Part shown: piece by piece, positions 58,155-64,000 of the stretch
How the letters are laid out: every line of letters starts with the position of its first letter
Position numbering within the stretch: position 1 is the stretch's first letter
Source of the DNA: a virus
Taxonomy: Duplodnaviria; Caudoviricetes
DNA length: 64,000 nucleotides
Virus record (IMG/VR): IMGVR_UViG_3300023175_000012
Span: 1 to 64,000 of that record
Direction: 5' to 3' (one strand)
The notes under the pieces: generated by a model
What the model saw: the letters and a program-made list of their open reading frames with translations, nothing else
Database searches by the model: none
What the model was told of the DNA's origin: nothing
Made by a program: the position numbers and the translations under genes

Positions 58155-59168
58155 TTAAAAGAGCATACTATAAACTAGTGCTCTATTTCTACTTATAATT
58201 TCATCTCGTTGGTTTTGTGCATTTACGAAATACATACCTGTGCCTGCTGATTGAGATGGTTTAGCATACAACAGTATTCCGTCATCTGGTTCTACTGGAT
58301 CGGTTATTCCGTCAACACCTTCGTGTGGAGTATAACCTAATCTTAAGTTGTCGTCAACTACAACATGTCCGGTACCAGTTGCACTTAATATTAAATCTTC
58401 TTGACTTGTACCAAGTGTTTTAATTTCAGTACCATGAACAGTTTGTTCAATACGTATTCCATGTGTATCAGTCCAAGTTGCTCTAACATCTTGAACTAAG
58501 TTACCGTCAACAACAGTTTCTGCTCTACTAGGACCCGAAACACTGTCATCATACACATGTACCTTAGTATCGCCTACTTGAACTCTGTTAGGTACAACAG
58601 TACCAAAGAAGTTAAAGATAGCATCATCTACATATTTTTTGTTAGGTATATGGTCGTCATCAGTAACTCGTTGCTCATAGTTTGCTGTTCCTGTAACAGT
58701 AACAACTCCGGGGTTTGCTGTACTTACACCTGATAATGTATATCTACCAAGTAAGTTTAAATCTACGCCCGGTGTTGTAATACTTACAGTTTCAATGCCT
58801 CCGATTCTACCTCCTGGGTATCTCGATGACCAAGCACCTTTATCAACTGTGCCTCCGTTAGCTGTATCTGTCCAAGTTACATTTTCTACAAATAAGAATT
58901 GAGCGTCTTGTATTGTACCCCTATCAACACGAATACCGGAAGCGCCATCTCTAGTAATGCCGTTTCCGGTTTCGCCTTTGTTAAGTTCAATGATATTGTC
59001 TTCAACAACAGTGTTGACTGTATCAAGAGTAGTAGTAGTGCCTTCAACAACTAGGTTGCCGGTGATGTAAACATCTCCAACTTCCGTACCTGTATCAAGT
59101 GTAATTCTACCACCTTCTTTAACAACTACTCTGTAGTTGCCGTCAGCTACTCTTAAATACTTGTCCAT
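58155..59168 (-). CDS. Virion structural/fibre-base protein (337 aa)
   Basis: ITGNLVVEGTTT...VEDNIIELNKGE...GIRVDRG and PNKKYVD motifs of phage fibre proteins. Confidence 0.65.
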   Translation of the reverse strand: MDKYLRVADGNYRVVVKEGGRITLDTGTEVGDVYITGNLVVEGTTTTLDTVNTVVEDNIIELNKGETGNGITRDGASGIRVDRGTIQDAQFLFVENVTWTDTANGGTVDKGAWSSRYPGGRIGGIETVSITTPGVDLNLLGRYTLSGVSTANPGVVTVTGTANYEQRVTDDDHIPNKKYVDDAIFNFFGTVVPNRVQVGDTKVHVYDDSVSGPSRAETVVDGNLVQDVRATWTDTHGIRIEQTVHGTEIKTLGTSQEDLILSATGTGHVVVDDNLRLGYTPHEGVDGITDPVEPDDGILLYAKPSQSAGTGMYFVNAQNQRDEIISRNRALVYSMLF

Positions 59169-59180
59169 AAGTTATTATCC

Positions 59181-59636
59181 TTATGCGTCTTCAGTGAAGT
59201 CGTCGTCGTCAGTACCAAGTAGTACGTCATCATCACCAGCTTCTTCAACTTGTACAGCACCGTCAACAGCACTTACTGTGAAGTTCCATGGAATCGATTG
59301 TCCGTTTAATGCATTCGAACCTGTTGCACTGTGAGCAATGATAGTTGCCTTACGTCCTGAAATTTTACTAACGCCGTAAGTTTCACCGTCATCACCTTTA
59401 ACACTGATGCACATTTCTTCGCCTGTTAAAGCAGCAGGTAATTTTCCTGTAGTTAAAAAACGATCGTATGTAGTTCCTGGTGTGCCAATTGCGGCAACAC
59501 GAAACTTTTTAGATCCTAATTGTTTTACAATGTAGCCTTCTAGAACAGCTGATGTGCCATCATAGAAATCTACTTTGATTTCATTGCCACCTGCTGTAGC
59601 AGGTCCAAAGTATCTTTTATTAAGTGGTCTTCCCAT
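59181..59636 (-). CDS. Hypothetical late protein (151 aa; possible head/neck decoration)
   Basis: Strong AGGAG RBS, own late promoter (59732-59738), acidic C-terminal tail. Confidence 0.7.
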   Translation of the reverse strand: MGRPLNKRYFGPATAGGNEIKVDFYDGTSAVLEGYIVKQLGSKKFRVAAIGTPGTTYDRFLTTGKLPAALTGEEMCISVKGDDGETYGVSKISGRKATIIAHSATGSNALNGQSIPWNFTVSAVDGAVQVEEAGDDDVLLGTDDDDFTEDA

Positions 59637-59728
59637 TTGTTTTCTCCTATAAAGTAGTCCTATCCGGGTTCTATCCGGTACGCTGTGGGTAACAGCATAA
59701 GTCCGCCTTGCGGCACACTATCTGACAC
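59637..59728 (-). ncRNA. Candidate structured 5' leader (multi-hairpin junction) of the 151-aa gene
   Basis: Hairpins GCC-GCAA-GGC, TATGCTGT-TACCC-ACAGCGTA and CCGG-ATAGAAC-CCGG, closed by TAGT/ACTA just before the RBS. Confidence 0.5.
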
Positions 59729-59749
59729 AAGTATTTATCAAATAAGAAG

Positions 59750-59773
59750 AAAGCCCGCACAGTGGCGGGCTTT
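59750..59773. terminator. Terminator closing the ncRNA transcript
   Basis: AAAGCCCGC-ACAGTG-GCGGGCTTT; on the minus strand it is followed by a CTTCTTATTT tract. Confidence 0.8.
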
Positions 59774-59777
59774 AAGA

Positions 59778-59994
59778 ATAAGCAAAATAGGTAGGACTCG
59801 GTTACACCTACAAGCCACGGACCAAATACCATTTCATCTCCGCGACAACCTGCTTCCGCTCGGTAGAGCGATGTGACATTGCCTGTTTCCAGTACAACAC
59901 CTGGGTACCACCCCTAAACAGTCAAGTTCGACGCTCTGGTAAACGCCTCTTCCTTGCACTATAAACATTGACTAGCTAAGTCTTTGTTGCTTAT
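59778..59994 (-). ncRNA. Large structured ncRNA (~217 nt), manA-RNA-motif-like
   Basis: 5' ATAAGCAA pairs with 3' TTGCTTAT; at least six internal hairpins including CTG-GAAA-CAG and CGCTC-TACC-GAGCG; bounded by a promoter and a terminator. The manA assignment is from recalled resemblance only. Confidence 0.7.
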
Positions 59995-60000
59995 GTTATT

Positions 60001-60028
60001 AATATAACATCTTTAAAATAAAAGTCAA
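60001..60028 (-). promoter_or_regulatory. Sigma70-type promoter of the ncRNA
   Basis: TTGACT (60028-60023), 16 bp, TATATT (60006-60001) with extended TG; predicted start coincides with the 5' arm of the terminal helix. Confidence 0.7.
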
Positions 60029-60110
60029 CCACTTTTTATGAAAAATTAATGATTTTCTGCAAGATTTTTGTCAAAAAGTGTGTTTAAATAATAATTGAAA
60101 GGAGATTGTT

Positions 60111-60182
60111 ATGTGGACAAAACCTAGCTATACAGAAATGCGTTTTGGCTTTGAAGTTACAATGTATGTAATGAACAAGTAA
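60111..60182 (+). CDS. pqqA: Pyrroloquinoline quinone precursor peptide PqqA (MWTKPSYTEMRFGFEVTMYVMNK)
   Basis: 23-aa ORF absent from the ORF track; AAGGAG RBS ending 6 nt before the ATG; hallmark W.KP...R.GFEVTMY with the invariant Glu-x3-Tyr; TTAAATA late-type promoter at 60084-60090. Confidence 0.93.
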   Translation: MWTKPSYTEMRFGFEVTMYVMNK

Positions 60183-60192
60183 AACCGTAGTC

Positions 60193-60222
60193 AAAAAAAT
60201 AGGGCCCTAAGGCCCTATTTTC
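60193..60222. terminator. Bidirectional terminator shared by the major capsid gene and pqqA
   Basis: AAAAAAATAGGGCC-CTAA-GGCCCTATTTT. Confidence 0.85.
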
Positions 60223-60238
60223 TCGTTTTAAGTAAAAC

Positions 60239-61417
60239 TTAGCTAAAGCTCACGCTTCCGTTAGTAATCGCAACTTTACCTAAGTAATCTGCTGCGTTAC
60301 CAAGTGATGAAGCTGTGTTTGATAGCTCAACGTAACCATATCTGGTCATAAATGACACAGTTGGCTCGAATGTTGCTGGATCAAGCACAACACCACTTGA
60401 CATTAGTGGAATGTATGGGCAATAGAACGCTGGTGCGTCTGATTCACTTGAACCCTTATAACCAACAAGTACTGGTGCATCGTCTGCACTGTATGTGTTG
60501 ACGTACACTTTCATTGCGTTATTCAATGTACCAACCATTTTAGTGTTAGTTGGTGCTTCGAATGTACCTTCAGTTGTTCTTGCGAACGCAGAAGTTGTAG
60601 CACTTTGTAGAATTGTTAACGCAAATGGGCTAACAACAGCGTAGTTACCTGCGCCTCTACGTGTACGCTGTGCAATCAAGTTTGCAACTCTGTTGATTTG
60701 AACAGCTAATGCAGCATGCTCGTCACCAACGAATGTTGCTGTACCTGATACAGCACTTTGGTCATATGTTTCAGCAGCATTACCAGCTAGGCTGTTTAGG
60801 CTTGCTAAAACTTCTTGGTCAATCTCAGCGGTAATTTCTTGTGCTAATGCAGCCATAATTTCTGCTTCAACATCAATACCGTGCATTGATTGTGCATCCT
60901 GTGCAGCTTCAAAAGTCCAACGAGCTGATAGCTTTCTGGATTTAGCTTCTACAGTTTGCTTTAAGATTTGGATGGACAATTTACGTCCAGCTTGACCTTC
61001 TAAAGCTGCTGTTGTAGCGGCTTTATCGTCAGCTGCACCGGAATATCCTTCCGCAATCTTGAATGGGCTAAGTGCCTCTTCACCTGCTACAGTATCAGTT
61101 CCGCTTGTGCTATCAAAAGCTTCAGCGTAACGAACACGTAGAGTGTGGATTTGGCCAACTGGGCCAGTCATTGGTTGAACACCAACTAGCTCGTTAGCAA
61201 TAACAGTTGGCATAACACGTCTGATAACTGGTAGGATTACACGGTTTAGTGTAGCTACGTTACCAGCGGATGTTGCTCCAGCTGTTGCACTCTCAGACAA
61301 ATACTTACGAGTGTTTTCTAGTGTGGCAGCCATTACCGCCTTCTTGTTACCGTCCAGGCCTTCAAGAAGAGCGTCTTTGGTTTCTGTCCAGCGACTTTCT
61401 AATAGTTCTGACATCAT
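60239..61417 (-). CDS. Major capsid protein (T4 gp23-like)
   Basis: VIRRVMPTVIANELVGVQPMTGPVGQI, AKSRKLSARWTFEAAQD, EITAEIDQE, FYCPYIPL, MTRYG. Confidence 0.97.
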   Translation of the reverse strand: MMSELLESRWTETKDALLEGLDGNKKAVMAATLENTRKYLSESATAGATSAGNVATLNRVILPVIRRVMPTVIANELVGVQPMTGPVGQIHTLRVRYAEAFDSTSGTDTVAGEEALSPFKIAEGYSGAADDKAATTAALEGQAGRKLSIQILKQTVEAKSRKLSARWTFEAAQDAQSMHGIDVEAEIMAALAQEITAEIDQEVLASLNSLAGNAAETYDQSAVSGTATFVGDEHAALAVQINRVANLIAQRTRRGAGNYAVVSPFALTILQSATTSAFARTTEGTFEAPTNTKMVGTLNNAMKVYVNTYSADDAPVLVGYKGSSESDAPAFYCPYIPLMSSGVVLDPATFEPTVSFMTRYGYVELSNTASSLGNAADYLGKVAITNGSVSFS

Positions 61418-61424
61418 TTTCTCC

Positions 61425-62519
61425 TTATTTAATTCCAGCTAGACGGCGTATATCAAGTACTTTTGACTCGTCTGCTTTGATATGTGTCGTGTTTTCTTTT
61501 CTGTTGCCTGTAACTTCTGTTGCCTCTGATAATATAGCCTTACGCTTTGCTGGAGCCTGGCCATCGATAACTGATGGTAAGTACTTGTCAAATGATTTTT
61601 GAAGTCTATCTGTTTGTACTGATTCCAGTAAGTCTGTCATAATCTCTTGCTGATCTCTGCTCAATGGAGCAATTAGACCACGCATGATCTTTTCGCGGTT
61701 TGCTGATTCTACAAGTTTATTGTTTTCTGCCTTTTGAGCTTCTGCAATATTCTTTGCTTTTTCAGCAAATGCTTTTGCTTCTGCAAGTTGCTTGTCTTTC
61801 AACTCAACAACTTTTAGTAACTTAGCACTTTCGCTTTTTTCATTTAGGTAGCTATTTGAATACTCATTGCTGAATGCTTCAAATATTTTGCGCCCAAAAT
61901 CATTTCTTCGTGCTTCTTCAATATCTTCTTTAAGTTGAGTAATTTCTCCTTTAAGGACTTTATCAACTGTTTCTGATACCGCTGTAGCACTTCTTTCAAT
62001 AAAGTTAGATTTAACCTTCTTGAAGTGTTCTTTAGCTTCACGTACTAAACGTACTTTCGTTTCTGCTAAATCTTTTTTATCTTCATAGAACTCTGCAATT
62101 TCTTTAGAAAGAGCTTCAACTACAAATTCTTCCAACTGAGCGGCTTTAATAGCCATTGCTTTTTTGTCTTCGTGTAGTTCGCTTACTTCTTTTTGTAGCT
62201 GCTCTAAAACAAAATTCTTCATTAGGTCTGCGTTTTCGCGCATTGCTATTGCATATTTTGCTTTTGCTTCAGCTAGTTGTTTACGATCATCTGCAAACTC
62301 TGAAATTTCTTCAATTAGCTTTTCAGACAACATTGCATCGATTGCTTCAACCATAGTTGATTTATCATGCTCGTATTTTTTAGCGAATTCTTCACGAAGT
62401 TCAGCTGTAACTTGTTGACGATTCTCGTTGATCTTCGCTTCCCAAGCTTCTTGTATTTCTGCTTTTACTTCTTCAGAAAGTGCTGTGCTCTCGAAGAGTG
62501 ATTTTAATGCTTCCAACAT
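61425..62519 (-). CDS. Prohead core scaffolding protein (gp22-like)
   Basis: Long acidic coiled coil between the protease and capsid genes; GRKIFEAF motif. Confidence 0.88.
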   Translation of the reverse strand: MLEALKSLFESTALSEEVKAEIQEAWEAKINENRQQVTAELREEFAKKYEHDKSTMVEAIDAMLSEKLIEEISEFADDRKQLAEAKAKYAIAMRENADLMKNFVLEQLQKEVSELHEDKKAMAIKAAQLEEFVVEALSKEIAEFYEDKKDLAETKVRLVREAKEHFKKVKSNFIERSATAVSETVDKVLKGEITQLKEDIEEARRNDFGRKIFEAFSNEYSNSYLNEKSESAKLLKVVELKDKQLAEAKAFAEKAKNIAEAQKAENNKLVESANREKIMRGLIAPLSRDQQEIMTDLLESVQTDRLQKSFDKYLPSVIDGQAPAKRKAILSEATEVTGNRKENTTHIKADESKVLDIRRLAGIK

Positions 62520-62535
62520 ATTATTTTCTCCTCAT

Positions 62536-63162
62536 TTATCGGAGCCCGCTTATTATTTTTAATAAGCTCTCTTTTAAGTATTTCTGTGCCTTTTGGTCTT
62601 CTTTAGTTGCCTGTGCTAATTCAAATGCCTGGTACCCTCCGCGGGTGTTCATCAAGTGTTCGTATATTGGCGTAGGGTACGCACCTGGAGCACTGGGTTG
62701 TGCAACAACGTCCACCGTTATGATTTCAAAGTCGGAAACTTGACCGCTTCCGTCTTCTGATACGTTACCAGATCCCCTAGACGAGACACCTAGTTTAACT
62801 CCGCTCTCGAGCATTGTTTTAACTAGTTGCCCCATCGGGGTTGGTAATATTTTAAGTTTACCGTAACCATTTGGTCCGTCCATCCATGTTTCAGTTATCA
62901 TGTGTGATACACGGTCCAGGTTAATGTTAAGTCCTTCTGGATGATCTACCTCTCCGAGAACACTATATCCTCCTTGAATTTGATCGTTGAGAGTTTTGAC
63001 AGCCCTGCCAATTTCTTCTACAGGATACACACGCTGGTTTGCATTGCGTACACCGCCCTGGATGCAAATACCTTTTAGGTAAAGATCCTTTCCTTCGTTA
63101 GCAGACTCAACAACCATTTGTGCTTGGTCGAATGTCAGATGCTCTCTTAGTAGGTTTCCCAT
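62536..63162 (-). CDS. Prohead maturation protease (gp21-like)
   Basis: NANQRVYP, GEVDHP, VSH, GVSSRGSG, DVVAQPSAPGAY. Confidence 0.95.
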   Translation of the reverse strand: MGNLLREHLTFDQAQMVVESANEGKDLYLKGICIQGGVRNANQRVYPVEEIGRAVKTLNDQIQGGYSVLGEVDHPEGLNINLDRVSHMITETWMDGPNGYGKLKILPTPMGQLVKTMLESGVKLGVSSRGSGNVSEDGSGQVSDFEIITVDVVAQPSAPGAYPTPIYEHLMNTRGGYQAFELAQATKEDQKAQKYLKESLLKIISGLR

Positions 63163-63175
63163 TCAGCTTCCTTAT

Positions 63176-64000
63176 TTACTTGCCGACTACAGATGATTTG
63201 TTATCAGCGTTTTCTGGCTTACCTTTTTTCTCTGCACCGTGTCCTGGCTCGCTTTTGCCAGCTTTAGACGCTTTACCGCCTGGTACATTGATGTTTCCGC
63301 CATCTTGGTCTTTTGCGTTTAAATCACCTAGACCAGCATGGTCGCCGCTTCCTGCTTCTCCGCCTTTAGCGATGTTAGCTGAAGTGCCACCCATGTCATT
63401 TGCTCCTGCTACTGGTGACTTTGTGTTGTCGCCATTGTCGCCTGAGCTTTTCTTTTCTGCGCCGTGTCCGCCTGCTACTTTGTCAACGTACTCGCGCATT
63501 TGTTCTCTTTCTGATTTTGCAGACTTAGACTCTTCTACTTCTTTTTCATCAGCTTCGTCAACTTCTTCATCAGATGCTTCGTCTACTTCTTCGTCAGCAG
63601 CTTCGTCTACTTCTTCGTCAGTTGCTTCAAATGCAAATGCTTCTTCTGGCTCTTCTTCACCAGCTTCGTCGCCTTCGCCTTCGTCGCCCATCATTTTTTC
63701 AAATTCAGCTTTTAGGTCGTCTAGTGCATCTTCAAGGTCAACTACGCGATCTTCAAGGTCTTCATCTTCTTCACCTTCTTCGTCGCCTTCTTCGTCGTCG
63801 CCTGCTTCGATGTCACCCATCATGTCGTCTACTGGATCTCCGCCCATTTCAGGCTCACCTTCGACTTCAAATTCGTCTAAATCAAAGTTTTCGTCAACTT
63901 CTTCGTCGCTTGACTCATCTACTTCTTCATCAGATGCTTCATCTACTTCTTCGTCAGTAGCTTCATCTACTTCTTCGTCAGTAGTTTCTTCGACTTCTTT
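63176..64000 (-). CDS. Highly acidic prohead core/internal protein, 3' part (start lies beyond the window)
   Basis: Frame is open from 64000 (KEVEETTDEEVDEATDEEVDE...) through the ORF-track start at 63847; lies directly upstream of gp21. Confidence 0.75.
   Translation of the reverse strand, partial: KEVEETTDEEVDEATDEEVDEASDEEVDESSDEEVDENFDLDEFEVEGEPEMGGDPVDDMMGDIEAGDDEEGDEEGEEDEDLEDRVVDLEDALDDLKAEFEKMMGDEGEGDEAGEEEPEEAFAFEATDEEVDEAADEEVDEASDEEVDEADEKEVEESKSAKSEREQMREYVDKVAGGHGAEKKSSGDNGDNTKSPVAGANDMGGTSANIAKGGEAGSGDHAGLGDLNAKDQDGGNINVPGGKASKAGKSEPGHGAEKKGKPENADNKSSVVGK
63890..64000. repeat. 24-bp tandem coding repeats (xxDEEVDE); a second block lies at about 63545-63630
   Basis: Repeated TCTTCGTCA..GCTTC.TCTAC units. 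Confidence 0.85.

Noticed and set aside
59637-59728. tRNA gene
   Set aside because: Multi-hairpin, but no TTCRA T-loop, no 7-bp acceptor stem and no CCA; no tRNA genes were recognised anywhere in the window
59685-59876. 63-aa plus-strand ORF with GTG start
   Set aside because: No RBS; crosses a terminator and lies antisense to the structured RNA and leader
63574-63960. 128-aa Leu/Arg/Gln-rich plus-strand ORF
   Set aside because: Antisense artefact of the acidic DEEVDE repeats

Overview
A 64-kb, AT-rich segment of a large T4-like (myovirus) bacteriophage genome, covering most of the virion morphogenesis region, mostly on the minus strand. It holds an acidic prohead core protein, prohead protease (gp21), scaffold (gp22), major capsid protein (gp23), and about 45 kb of paralogous giant tail/baseplate fibre and receptor-binding genes. 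It also holds neck/tail-completion genes (gp13 divergent from gp14-gp15), tail sheath (gp18), tail tube (gp19), a gp4-like head-completion nuclease and a probable gp16-like small terminase. T4-late-type (A/C/G)TAAATA promoters precede most structural operons. Signals that the ORF track misses or that stand out: (1) a 23-aa PqqA (PQQ cofactor precursor peptide) gene with its own RBS at 60111-60182, next to the capsid gene; (2) divergent from it, a ~217-nt structured ncRNA (manA-motif-like) with its own sigma70-type promoter and terminator; (3) a separately promoted tailoring-enzyme cassette (U32 Fe-S hydroxylase-like/SAM-methyltransferase fusion, flavin-dependent halogenase, 2OG-Fe(II) oxygenase) embedded among fibre genes; (4) three virion proteins with amicyanin-type H...C-x2-H-x2-M copper sites; (5) two GC-rich structured 5' leaders on structural genes; (6) apparently leaderless late mRNAs. 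All calls come from motif recognition by eye; no database searches were run.
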